A stretch of DNA of 64,000 nucleotides from Tricharina praecox (taxonomy: Eukaryota), in the NCBI RefSeq assembly GCF_024521635.1, contig NW_026250404.1:682001-746000 (forward strand), in the 5' to 3' direction. Both the position numbers and the translations under genes were made by a program. This document shows, in pieces, positions 27,043-39,339 of the stretch (position 1 is the stretch's first letter; every line of letters starts with the position of its first letter). Under the pieces are notes generated by a model. It made no database searches and was not told the DNA's origin. It saw nothing but the letters and a program-made list of their open reading frames with translations.

Positions 27043-28423
27043 CCGCCAGTTGTGTAGCCAGCACGCTGGCCGCCGTCCGTCGCATGGAGATGGACGCCAG
27101 ACAAGATTTGCCGGAAAGTGCACAGAACGATGCAGCCCGCACCGCAAGTGCGACCTAACTTCTGCCTTCTCGGAATCGGCCCCCTGTTTGCTGCCTCATT
27201 TCTGCCCCCCCACCAAAAGCGCTCGCCCCAAATTATCGATCTCAGCAACCGCCCTCGATCGCCTATCTCTAGCTATTCACACAACCCCCCCCCCCCCCAT
27301 TCCCCCTCCCATCCCACCCTCCCACCCCCCCGTCCTCAACCCCTCTTCCCCCCATTCTCCTATCACCCGCCCCGTGTCGACTAAACCCACTCAGCTTTCG
27401 TGTTGCTCCGCGCTTGTGCTTTCCATTCATTCCTTCCTCTCGCGCCTTCCGTGTGTTCATGTCCAACGCATCCCTCCGCTCTCACTGCCCGTCCCGGACG
27501 AAAGAAGGCCACCACTACACACCGCTCCGCTCTGCAGTGCAACTTACCCAAGAGCCTGGTATTCCCAGCTCCGATTGTTCCCCCCTCCCCCTCCCCTCCC
27601 CCCCTCGCATCACGAATGCGCTCCGTGCGCTCATCCTGAACACCTCCGCTCCTGTTTGTTTGATTGGCCTCCGCGCATTCGCTGCTCCCTCTTGGAACCC
27701 ACCCGAACCCATCGCCACCCCACCCTCCTCCGTCGCTCCCCCCTCCCCCCCATCCCGCGCAGGTTGTCATCGCTGTCCGGAAAACCGTTTCAGCGCGGCG
27801 CGAACGAGACGAACCGGAACCGCCCTGTTGAGGCAGCAAGAGAATCCGCTACGAATTCGTCGAGGCTGACCGGGTGACGTGACAACCCCATCCGTCGTGT
27901 CACATCGCTATTCCAACGCCAGCCAACGGGAGCCCCGATTCCAGGACACCCTTTTTCTGCGTCGGCCCAACTCGGGAAAGCCTTGTGTCTGGTGTGCATA
28001 CTGGTCAGCTCCCACTCAAATAGGTCGCGACGGCTTGTGGAGAGAGGGGCGGGGAAAAAAGTTGCCCGTGCGTAGACAAGAGCGAGCGGTTTTCTGCCAC
28101 CTTCTTGCTTGCGAACGACTACACACCAACCACCGTCCGGTTACCCGCGCTCAGTCCAGTGGCCTCCCGGAATCCAGGCACGGTCCAAACAACATCTTCA
28201 CTTCCGCCGCAGAATTCACGGCTGTCGCTTTCTTGCATTTTCGTCAGCCGGTCTCCGAAATTGTTCACAGCAGCCGGCGGGTTGTGTCGGTGGCTTGGTT
28301 CGCAAAGCAAGGCTATCGGGATCCATCGCTGCGGACTTCCACGAGATTAAAGAGGACTGCCTCTGATTCTCTTGGTGCGAAGCTCAAAACCTCATCCTCC
28401 TCATCATCAGCATCATCAGCATC

Positions 28424-31317
28424 ATGGCTGCTTCCACCGGAGTAGCTTCGGGGTCTCCTCGTCAGACTGGAATGCCATCAGCATCCCTTCGCCAACGTAC
28501 TCCGAACCGCCCAAACCACATGTCCCTCAGCAATCTTTTGAATGACGAAGGTCCGCCGCAGAAGCTTCAGCGCACAGGAGGCGACCATGACGTTTGGTGT
28601 TCTTCCAGTAGAAATGCTACCGCGAATTTTGAATCCAATGGACGTTATGCACCTCCTACATCTCCAATGGGACCTCCCGGTGTTAATACGGCGGGGATTC
28701 AGGGGGTATTGAATAACAATACACCCGAACCCGAGAAAGCCGCTCCCGTGAGTGGGGAAAAAAGAGCCTATGTCACTGGAGGCCCGAAGATTATCTGCGA
28801 TACCTGTAAAGAAAGTTTTACTTGCGACTCCCTCCTACGGTATGCACAAGTCCCCCCACCCTTCCTCTCAAGGATGGACACATCTATTGCCCTGTTTTTC
28901 GTGGAGTTTCCTCTCTTTTCTTTGGGATGTCAGGCTAATTCATCCGAATGTCTTCGCTGCTCGCTAAAGAAAACATCAAGCAAAGCACACCAAACCGTTC
29001 AAATGCAAGGAAAAGGGATGTGAGCGAGCGAATTCCGGCTTTACGTCTCCTAATGACCTCAAGCGCCATGAGAACTCGGTTCATAAGGGCACCAAGGGAC
29101 CAGCGACAGGATTTAACTGCATCTACGATCATTGTCGCGATCGGAACAAGATATATTTCAGACTCGATAACTTCCGAAATCACTTGAAGAAGCTTCATGG
29201 CACCAATGAACCTACGAGCATGAATAATTTCCTTAAGCAGTAAGTCTTCATGTTTTACTTTTACCTCGTTTTCCGGGACGGGCGACTGATTTGAGACCTT
29301 CCGGTTTGTGTATAAAGGGCCGAATCGGAATGCCGAGTTGAAGTCAATCCTGAGGATGTGGGGACGGACCGAGGGTCAGCATCGGAGACCAATACCTCTG
29401 TCCGTAGTCGCAAGTCGGTTTCGTTCTCCCGGAAATCGAAAAAATTACAGTGGGTGATAACGAGAGTCGACAACGGCAATCTCCACCGTCCAAGACCAGC
29501 GTATTATGGACCATCGGAAGAGGAAAGCTCGGATAGCGCTATGGATATGGACCGGTCAGACATGGAAATCACTAGCCCGCCTGCCCCAGGACCTTTAATG
29601 AACGTATTGCCAATGTCTCCGGGTGTGCACAACCAGGAGCCCATGTCCCCAACCCAACAGGAACATAACCGGCAATGGACACCGGTCATTCCATATGAGC
29701 GCGAGGAGGATACCATTGCCCGAAGGAAATGCATGGCGGAAATCCAGGTCCGGATAATGGAGATGAGATCCCAGTTCGACGTACTCCAGGCACAGTACGA
29801 CGTACTTGCAGCCGAGGATGCGAGAATTGTTGAGCAGCAACAACAACATGTCCATGTATATCAGCATGTTGGCGGTGTGGATATCCCATCAAAATACCAG
29901 CAGCAGAATGTGATATCACCATTGAATCCCAAGGCTTTGGAGGAATGGCCTGTCAATAACAGTGAGACACTCGGTCGGTTCGTCCGACAGAGCCAAACGG
30001 AGGATCCTCCTTATTTCGGCCTACCCAGTGGGGATGGTGGACAAAAGAACGGGATCCCAGGGAGGAATAATAATAATGGAAGAGGATCCGGACCGGATAC
30101 CTCGGGTAGCATGATTTCTCCTCCGGAGACGGTTGCCTCTCCACCAAGGGAAGCCCCCCCAGGAATCGGACCTACCGTTGCCCAGGACTTCCGGGCAACA
30201 CCGGGACCATCTACGCCTCATCCTTCATGCGCCCCATATCAGCATCTTCCACAACCACAACCGGTCAATCGGCCGCCTGCCAACCCCCCGGTCGCTGCTG
30301 TTCGCGCCGTCCTAAGTGGACCACCTGAGAAGGCGTTCCGCTGTGGACATCCAGGTTGCAAGAGCACGTTTGCTAGGAACTGCGAGTTGAGGTAGGCTCC
30401 TTCGGCGACATTGCGATGAGAGTTGGAATCGTAACTAATGCTTCTCCAGAAAGCACCGCAAGCGTCACACCAGACCGTATGGGTGCACGGCTCGATTCTG
30501 CCTCAAGCAGTTTGGATCCAAGAACGATTGGAAGCGGCACGAAAACAGCCAGCATCATAGGCTGGAGAGTTGGAAGTGCAGCCATCCCGTGCCTCCTTAC
30601 GGACCTGAGGACGTGTGCTCGGCCATGCATTTCCGGAAGGAGAACTTCATCAACCACCTGAAATCCAGTCTGCACAACATCAAGACCGAGGTGGAGATCA
30701 AAGCTTGGTCGGAGAAGTCGTATATTGGCGGCAGCGACCACCACATCTTCTGGTGCGGCTTCTGCGTCAACGATGCCGGGAAACAAGGGAGGACAATCCG
30801 TCTTAAGAACCTGGGACTCACTGGATGGGACGAGAGGTTTGACCACCTCGGAAGCCACTTTGAGAACGGGATGAGCATCCGGAACTACGTATACCAGGAC
30901 GAAGATGCCATCGATTGCCCGAGTGTTTCAGACTCGGAGGATGACGACTCGCCCGAACCACCGGATTCTCCCTTGCACCAGCTCGCCCATGCCTCGATCA
31001 TCCACTCGTGGGTGGGCAACCACCCGGATCAAGAAGAGCCGACGATGCATGCGACCCAGTCGAGTTCGCATATCGACAACACGGGCGCACACAGCAAAAA
31101 GTTGGCGTGGTATTGCGTAAGTCATTTCCCTCACGCGAGTTGGCTTCCCCTCCGGAGTAAGACGCTGACATGTTAGCAGTGCCAATGCGTACGATCACGG
31201 AACGTGCCGCACCCTTTCTTGGTGGACTTGCACCCGAGCTGTCTGGGATGCGAGCATCAGCGATGTTCGGGATGCAAGCAGCAAATACTTGACGCTGTGC
31301 TCGACCGAGCCCTATAA
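28424..31317 (+). CDS. Multi-C2H2 zinc-finger transcription factor (cluster gene ZF1): two finger arrays plus a C-terminal Cys-rich domain, 5 exons
   Basis: Exons 28424-28839, 28970-29239, 29318-30391, 30450-31116 and 31180 (or 31177)-31317 splice in frame. Fingers include CDTCKESFTCDSLLRKHQAKH, CKEKGC..FTSPNDLKRHENSVH, CIYDHC..FRLDNFRNHLKKLH, CGHPGC..FARNCELRKHRKRH, CTARFC..FGSKNDWKRHENSQH and CGFC..WDERFDHLGSH. The protein ends WYCCQC...CLGCEHQRCSGC. The start could be a later ATG (MSLSNLLN). Confidence 0.88.
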
Positions 31318-33177
31318 CGGTTGTAGCAGAGACAACGCCAGTGCGACAAGATGCAGTTTCCTTGCGAGCATGAGTTTTTGGGAGTTGAAGGTGTTGGGAG
31401 GTTATTTGGGGATTATTTCTTTCTTTATGAATCGATGACCGTTGAATGGGGGTGGTATACTTTTTTTCTTTCTGTTCTGCACTTGTGTACGACGAATGTC
31501 TATTTGTCTTAATATGTTTGATGTCTGTTGCGAAGATATGTCTTGGGCTGGTCCGTCAATCACTGTATATGGGGCGCTGATACTTACACGCATATATGTT
31601 TGCCGATCTCCTTTTGCAGTTACCTACCTGTTTTTGAGGGCTTCACTTTGTTTGGGAAGGTGGATTTTTGTCTTTTTGTTTTGTTTTTGGAATTGTATCT
31701 GCGGGCGATTTAGCATGGAATGGATGGGGGAACTGGAGGGGGTAGTGAGGATAGTTGGGTTACTGGGATTTGAGTGGATGTCATCGATGAGCGGTGGATG
31801 AACGAATGATGTGTTATGATGCGCCTCTCTTGATTGATTTCCTTGACTCGAAATTTTTTCTCGAGATCTGGTGCGCGACGGGTGATGGTTGATGTATCTA
31901 CCTGAAAAAATATTTCAATGTGGCGCTAGGCGCAGCCTTACCGCGCGCTGGCGTCTCAGCCTTGTACTATGGCTTGGTATGACGCGGAGAATATCGCAGC
32001 CTTGCACAGTATGTTCAAGTAGAGTACTTGCTCGAGCACTGTGCACATTGTAGCGCGCTATTCATCAACAGCGGTTTAATTTATTTTCGAATTTTTACAT
32101 GTGGCCATCACGGAATGGAGCTCACGCCTCGCACTGAGCACTCGCAGATTTGATGTTTCTCGAGCGGTGCGGTGTCTGCGTGCTATGTCTGTGTGCTGTG
32201 TCTGTCTGTCTGTGTGCGGGTTGTCGTGGCCATTGTGCGGCGGTCAGTAGGCTCTGGCGGGTGAGGGGGGAGGGTGAGACGGGGCTCCGGACGTATGTAT
32301 CTTCACAACGTATGTATGTATCTACACACCGTATGTATGGTACTTGCATTGTACTTATGGTACTTGGGATGTGGTTACTCGGCCAGCGAGTATCGTCAGG
32401 CTGCCTATGGCTTGTTACGACTTACATACAAGGCTCGACAGGATACATATACGATACGTATTACATTTTTCTACACAGTTACATAGGTGCTTACAGACAC
32501 CCAATTCATGTATGCAAGTATGCCAGTTGGTATGTATGTAGGCGATCGATGACGGGACCGTGGTGCTGGGAGGGAGGGAGGGCGGGCGGCCACCGGGGGC
32601 CACGGAGGGACCACTAGGAGGCGGGCCGTCGTGGACTCGTGGGTATTATTTTCGACACGCTGGCGAAAGGGCTCTACGGTACGATTCGGGGGAGAGGCTC
32701 GAGAAAGGGTGTGTTTTTTTCCTCTTTCTTTCTTACGTTCTTTTTCTTTCTTTCTTTTCTTTTTCTTCTGCTTTTTTTTTCTCTTTCCGCGCTCCCGTAC
32801 AACGAGATGAACTAGTGGGGCTCGGCGGGGCTCGGCGTGGTGTGGCGGGACTGGGCGCGTCCCGGTCTCGTCCCGGTCTCGCCCCATCTCGTCTCGTCTC
32901 GTCTCGCCGAGTGACAAGATCCCGCAGCCGCCGCCAGCGCCGCCGCCCGCCAACGTTTCCACCAGCGTGCCCGCCCGATTTCCCGCTCGCCTGGGTGCCC
33001 GCGAGTCTGCCTACCTACATACCTGCCCATCTGCATGCGCTGCTCGCGCGTGCAGAGATTGACAACGCGCAGTTAGGCGGACTGAGCTTGCGATGCTGTG
33101 ATGTGCGGCGGTGTGGTAGTTATCGATTCTGCGCTGACTGCGTGCATGCGTGCGTGCGCTGACTGCACTGTCGGTCT

Positions 33178-33256
33178 ATCTGTCCGTCGTCTGTGTGTCC
33201 ATCTGTCCGTCGTCTGTGTGTCCATCTGTCCGTCGTCTGTGTGTCCATCTGTCCGT
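33178..33256. repeat. 22-bp minisatellite (ATCTGTCCGTCGTCTGTGTGTCC-like) x3.5
   Basis: Seen directly. Confidence 0.9.
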
Positions 33257-34795
33257 GTGCCTGCCGTCTGTCGTCTGTGATGTATATCGGTCTGCTGTTA
33301 CATAGAGTATGTAGAGTGCGTACCTGCCAGCAACCAGCAACCAGCAACCAGAAACAGCCTCCCGCTCCACTACATGTGCATTGCGTCGCTGACCGTCGCC
33401 GTGGCCGTGGCCGTGACAGACACCTGAGGAACCCGAGGATAAACGTGGATTACCGGTGGAGAATACGGCGTTTGCTGTTGACTTTGTCATTGATAATCGT
33501 TGATATTCGTTAATAAGGCCCGTGGGTGTGGTGGAAATCGGGGGTGGGGAGGGGGGGGGGGGGGGTAGTATGGTCGTTTTGGGAGCCGGCCGGCCGGCCG
33601 GTGGTGGTGCTGGTGATTATGCCAGCTGGCTTCGCTGGCCGGCTGGTCGGCTGGCAGGTTGTATAGTGGGCAGTGGGCGGTGGGCGGTGATTGAGTGAGC
33701 GTCATCAAGTTGTGCTGAAGAATAATTTTTTTGCTTGCTTGCGAAAGGTGGGGGATTCTGGAGTCCGGAGTCTGGGGCTGGCCGCTGGCTGGCTCAGTCG
33801 CCCAGTGGCCTACCTTGTGTTGTGAGTGAGTGTGTGTGGCTGGTAACCAGGTACCATACTCTACTTAACCTACAGAGCAAACGTTCTCTCTCCCGGAACA
33901 CCGGAACAGACAGGAACAGAACAGTACAGAGAGGACGACGACCAAGTGGCTGTTCATCCGGGCTCACTTTCGGCCTGCCGATGCGGGCGGATTTACAACA
34001 CAACAATGTTTCCCCATGGGGGGGGGAGGGGTAGTGGTAGTGGTAGTGGTAGTGGTGGTGGAGGGGGGTGAAGGGGTGGAGGGGGGACGCAGCGCAGCAC
34101 AGCGCGAGAAACTGCCGAACTGTGCGAATTGTGTGTGCTTGTGCGGAACGGATTACCCCAATTGCGACAGCTAGGGACTCTTCATTCTACTCTAATGCTC
34201 TACAGCTCTACGGAGAAGCGAGGCGATGAGAAGAGGATACTTCTGGCTGTTTCGTTGGCTGCTCGCCTGCAGAGTTTTCTCTCTCTCTCTTGTTTTTTTG
34301 GTACTTTAATTTATTTGGGTTCTACTGTTGACAAAGGAGGAGGAGAGCTGGCTGGTGGGATGGGAGGGGATGGGAGGTGATGCGTTTCGTGTGAGGATTT
34401 CTTGTTTTTCTCCCTTGGTTTGGATGGAAGTATTATTTTGCAGGCGGAGGTGTGATGCGGCGACGACAGTGTCAGGGTGGTAGGTTGTGCAAGGTGAGGT
34501 CGACGAGCCCGGCGTCAACGTCAACTCTCATCCCACCGGACGTCCAGTCTCCAGACGTAACCACGCAGGGGGGAGGATGTAGACACGAATTCTTCAGAGA
34601 TCCCGCCGGACACGTTCGAATTCAGGCTACCTTCGTCGGAAAGACCCAAAGGAAGGTTCAAGGAACATTCTACAACACCTCTCGGTCAGCCGATCAGGCG
34701 AATGAGCTGTCGATGCATTCAAAAGCACATCCCAAAGAAGCCACTGTAAGCAAGTCCCTACTCCACTCTGATCTGTTCTAGTTACTCTACATCTT

Positions 34796-34851
34796 CACAC
34801 ACACACACATACACACATACACACATACACACATACACACATACACACACA
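34796..34851. repeat. (CA)n/(CACACATA)n microsatellite
   Basis: Seen directly. Confidence 0.9.
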
Positions 34852-36408
34852 TGCAGCCTCTCTGTGGCTGGGACTCCCTCTCCCTCTCACACTCTCTCTT
34901 TCCTGCTCTCGCGCTCCTCTCTCGTGCGGAAAACTTGTATTTGCACTTGTAACCACGGAAGGTTGCACTGCCCCGCCATCGTCGAACATTGGGTGTTTGC
35001 GTGCTGTCGTCTTGGCTCGATATGCACACCACGCTTCAACCAATCAGTTGCCACAATCTATATGTATGTACTACATCGTGAAGATCTACGCATTCAATAG
35101 GGTGACAGCGAGATGATTGATGGGACGTTTGCGCATGTTGACCCCGAATCCGACAGTGCTCTCTGCCCCAGAGTTAGCCGCATGTTTCGAATTCAAGGGA
35201 TTCTATCGTCTCAAGAGTCAACACCCGCCTTGACTCGCATGAGCACCGTACATTGTACTCACTTATGTACCGTCCTCTAGGCAGCAGCTGCACCCTGCAT
35301 TGGCAAATCGTGCGCAGTCTGGAATGTTGAATGTTTTCGGCAGGACTGACCGAACTGACACCGTTTCCAGTGCTCCGGTCCGACCCTCGACGAAGTTGTC
35401 TCTCTGAGCTCCCACGGATCCTGTGCGAACAGTCGTCGGATTCGCGGCTGTTGATGTGTCGTGTCGTGGAATCGGCGCCGGCAATTCTCCCGGCGGAGAT
35501 TGAAGTTGACGTAACTACTTGGTCTGTAGTAATTTTTTTCAACAGTACCTCAATCAATCACTGTGTGGATTGAGTTCAGTCGAGGTTCGGTTGGCTGTTT
35601 AATGAGCCCTGGACGAATATGAGCCCAGAAAATCGAGGCTTTCGGGGTTCTGGTGCTGCAGCTGGCAGGGTTTCGACGTTTCGTGTGCCTTCACCCTCCA
35701 GCACCATCCGATGGTACGCAGCTGCGTAGCTCCCTTGAATCATCATCGAATTCGGTCTTGAGCTACTGCTGCGCATCCATTGGCTTCCCGATTCACGGAG
35801 TATGTAACTGTACATACCAACTGCAGCTGTGAGTCCCTACCTCCTGGCATAATGCCAGTCGAGACATGCTCGAGGTCTTGATCAGCTTTTTGGTTCCTGG
35901 GAGAGCTAGAGTACCCACCCAATGAATGTGCTGCAGGCGTACATCATCGTGGAAACCAGAGCCTGTGGTGCGTATCGGACGCGGCGCCCACCGTCATGTA
36001 CCCAAGCAAGTACCTCCCTAGTGCGGTGGAGCAGATGGATCGATGTAGGCCGACGGATGATCACCATGCGGCTCTGCACCCTCGGTGATGATGGCAACAC
36101 GGGCTCTACAGCACAGGGCTCTGCCGATACTGCTGCTTCGTGGACGTTCTCCGTCCCAAGGGTGGGGGCAGCGATGAGATTGTTGCCCTGGGACTGAAGT
36201 TGTGCGAATGTACTACCGGGATCCTCCTCCTTGTGTGTGCTGTCGTGCTGGAGCAGTGGCTGATATTGAGAGCCTCAGAAAAGCAGAAAAGCAAAAAAAA
36301 AAAAGAGCCGAGAGCATAGCGCGGGAGAGGGCACATTTTGGTACAAAGATGGTTCAATATGATTGCTGTGGAGTTTCGGTCATTGGTGGTGGTGGTGATG
36401 GTGTCTAC

Positions 36409-36410
<2 letters not shown>

Positions 36411-36440
<30 letters not shown>
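36411..36440. repeat. (GT)n microsatellite
   Basis: 15 GT units; an (ACT)n tract follows at ~36628-36656. Confidence 0.95.
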
Positions 36441-36445
<5 letters not shown>

Positions 36446-36626
36446 GACTAGCCAGAGCATTGAGGCAGTGTTGAGTGCGCAGACACACTGTGCTCACTTT
36501 TGGCCCTGGACACGATACGGCATCGCAAGAGGACATGGCCCTCTACCTAGCCGCACATCTTTCGAGTTTGCAACCCCACTGAAATAGCAGCTCCCTGTTC
36601 TTTTGAATCGTGAACTCAAGCATCTA

Positions 36627-36657
<31 letters not shown>

Positions 36658-37734
36658 ACTTTTTCTTTCTGTACACCCTGCCTGTTCCGTTCTGCGTCCT
36701 TCGATATATCCCCAGACCCCCCCCCAGCCCCAGCAGTCGCCGCTGTCCGTACACCCTCCCCTCCTTACCGCTGCACACCCAAGTCCCCACGCGCACAGTC
36801 GCCGATCCTCCGGCGCGCAGAAGCTAGCTAGCTCAGTCGATTTACGAACTCCCCCATATCGAAAGGGCCTGAAGTACTCCTCGCTGCCGCTTCTCGAAGT
36901 CGACTCCTTCTTTCTTGCACGAATAGTACTTCGTCTCCCCTCGCTCATCTGGCCCCGTCGAATCGTGTTTCGTAAGTGCCCGGCTGGTTGGTTGGTTGGC
37001 GCTGTTGTTCTTCGCCATCTTTTCTCGATGCTTGCGAACTCGAGCAGAGCAGAGTAGAGTAGAGCAGAGCCAGAGAGCTAACCGCGTGTGTGTGTATCGA
37101 CAGCAGCCTATCCTCCTACAGCCTTGTCATCGGTCGTGTTACCGGGAATATCTCCAGAATTCCCCAGCCAAAAAAACTCTCCACCCAACGGTAGTTTGTT
37201 GAAGACTACCCATTCACCCAGCAGCCTGCTCTTCGGTCTCAGTGGATCTGCCTCCGATCCTTTTTGTTTTCCAACACCACCTCACGCTCAAAACAAAGCC
37301 TTTGGAGCTTTGCACTAACCACGTCGACGAGGCTCATAATCGTCCCATCTTGTATGATTATCCTCTCTCTCTCTGTTTCCTGTTTTCGTTGTTCTGTGTT
37401 TTTATTATGCCATTTGGCTACGGGATATGGGCTGCGAGCTGCTGCAGACTGTGTGCCGGTCAGTGATTTACTTGATATCGTGTGTGTACTCTACTCTCAC
37501 CATACTCTACCTTGCGCACCATTGCATGAGTATGCCCCTTTGGGGAATATGTTACGTAGATGCACACACAGTCCTGTTGTCCGGTCTCAGTCCGCCCCAC
37601 GCAGTAACCTATAGCCCCCGCAGCCCAGGGCGGACGTGCCCACAATGTCTTAATCTTATCATCTCCTCCCCTCCCATTGACGCTGGATTGTGAAGTCCGT
37701 CTCACTAACATTCGAACGCTCGTAGATAAAAATC

Positions 37735-39339
37735 ATGGCTACTTCATCTCCCCATCAGCGCATGCCCGCAGAAGGCCAGAGATATTCGGAATCTCCCCAG
37801 ATATCACCGTTGACCTATCAATACCCCATCATGACCTCGACTGCAACCTTGTCGCCACTCCTCGGCTCTGGTTCTCGTCCCAGTCGCTTCCCGACCTCTC
37901 CTTTGTTCACAACGTCGCGTCAAACCTACGATGACCTGGTCCTGGATACTGCCAGAAATCAATTTGGGCCCACCAGGTGGGACCAAAATGGCCCGTGGAA
38001 CCCCGTGCAAGATGGCGCTCATCTCTCCCCGGCGCACATGAATCGTTCCCGTGGGGGTGGTCACGCCGCTCGGAGCTACGCAGCCAGCGACGGCATTCAG
38101 CAACAACACCCTGACACTGAGAGTATCATCAGCGAGAGCATCTTCACGTGCACCACGGGTACGCCGTACACGGCCCCAACCGAATTCTCAACGTACCACG
38201 AGAGCCCCGGCAAGCAAAATTCACCAAGCCTACACCGCCCGAGATCGGCCCAGTCCGGCGCGGACCAGAGCGCCCACGGGTGCCCTCAGGGTTTCGTCGG
38301 ACCTGCCCAGGTCAACCGCTACTGCGCTGGCGCGACAAGCGGGGACGAGGATGGCTACGAGCAGCAGTCGACCTACTCTCCTACACCGACCTATGGCGAG
38401 CTCTGTTCTTGGCAGGACGGCGAGGGGCGGATGCCGCCGGCGCTAATGGAAGTGCAACAAGCGCCTCCAACGTACGGTGGTTACGGGGAGTCTCAGTCGC
38501 GCAATAGCCGATACCCTCATGACGGCTTGCCTTCGGCCGGGCTTCTTGCGAGCATCAAGCGAAAGAGGAGCCCGGAAAACGATTTCGAGGAGATGCAGGC
38601 GCGCAGAAGCCGACACATTCCTGGCATGCTTCTCACCGGGCCCGCTGCAAGCAACAAGCGACGGAAGACTCCTGGCGAGCCTCACCGCCAGCGAAGAACC
38701 GGCCGCCGTACAGACCTTGGCGGCGACGACAACAACAAGGGCCGGGAAAGACGTCCTTTCCATTGTGTGTTTTACTTTGCGGGCTGCAGAAAGGACTTCG
38801 CCACCAAGAACGAGTGGAAGCGTCACGTCTCGTCGCAGCACATTCAGGACAAAGTGTGGATCTGCGATATGGTGCCCTGCGGCGACCGAAGCAGCAAAAA
38901 GATGCCCTCCACCTTCAACCGGAAGGATCTCTTCGGCCAGCATCTGAAGCGGATGCACGGGCCCGACAGTCAGCACAAAACGACCAACGACATCACGCGA
39001 AACCAGGCGTCTCCGCAGATGAACGAGTTCGTCACCAAGGAGATCCCAGTCATCCAGGATCGCTGCTGCAACGTCAAGCGGGAGCTTCCGCTGAGCAGCC
39101 TTTGCGGCTTCTGCGCGAAGCGGTTCGTGGGTCCCGGAAGCTGGGACGACAGAATGGAGCACGTCGGTCGCCACTACGAGAACGCTGCCGCCACGACCGA
39201 GAACGTCAACCCTGGGTGCTGGACTCCCGATCAGGGCCTGATCGATTGGGCCGTTAGGGAGAGGATCGTCGTCCGCGGGTCCGATGGCGCCTACACGCTT
39301 GGAAAGGTCGGCAAGGACGCGGTGATGGGAAGTTGTTAG
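37735..39339 (+). CDS. C2H2 zinc-finger transcription factor (cluster gene ZF2), intronless CDS
   Basis: 534-aa ORF with basic NLS-like segments (KRKRS, KRRKT). Fingers: FHCVFYFAGCRKDFATKNEWKRHVSSQH, WICDMVPC...FNRKDLFGQHLKRMH and CGFCAKRF...WDDRMEHVGRH. Confidence 0.92.
   Translation: MATSSPHQRMPAEGQRYSESPQISPLTYQYPIMTSTATLSPLLGSGSRPSRFPTSPLFTTSRQTYDDLVLDTARNQFGPTRWDQNGPWNPVQDGAHLSPAHMNRSRGGGHAARSYAASDGIQQQHPDTESIISESIFTCTTGTPYTAPTEFSTYHESPGKQNSPSLHRPRSAQSGADQSAHGCPQGFVGPAQVNRYCAGATSGDEDGYEQQSTYSPTPTYGELCSWQDGEGRMPPALMEVQQAPPTYGGYGESQSRNSRYPHDGLPSAGLLASIKRKRSPENDFEEMQARRSRHIPGMLLTGPAASNKRRKTPGEPHRQRRTGRRTDLGGDDNNKGRERRPFHCVFYFAGCRKDFATKNEWKRHVSSQHIQDKVWICDMVPCGDRSSKKMPSTFNRKDLFGQHLKRMHGPDSQHKTTNDITRNQASPQMNEFVTKEIPVIQDRCCNVKRELPLSSLCGFCAKRFVGPGSWDDRMEHVGRHYENAAATTENVNPGCWTPDQGLIDWAVRERIVVRGSDGAYTLGKVGKDAVMGSC

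Noticed and set aside
26945..27877. 310-aa ORF starting with (VEV)n
   Set aside because: Held open by the 9-bp repeat and C-rich leader-like sequence upstream of ZF1; non-ATG start and no domain.
33178..33256. 22-bp repeats considered as CRISPR-like
   Set aside because: Head-to-tail with no spacers, eukaryotic context, and no cas genes.
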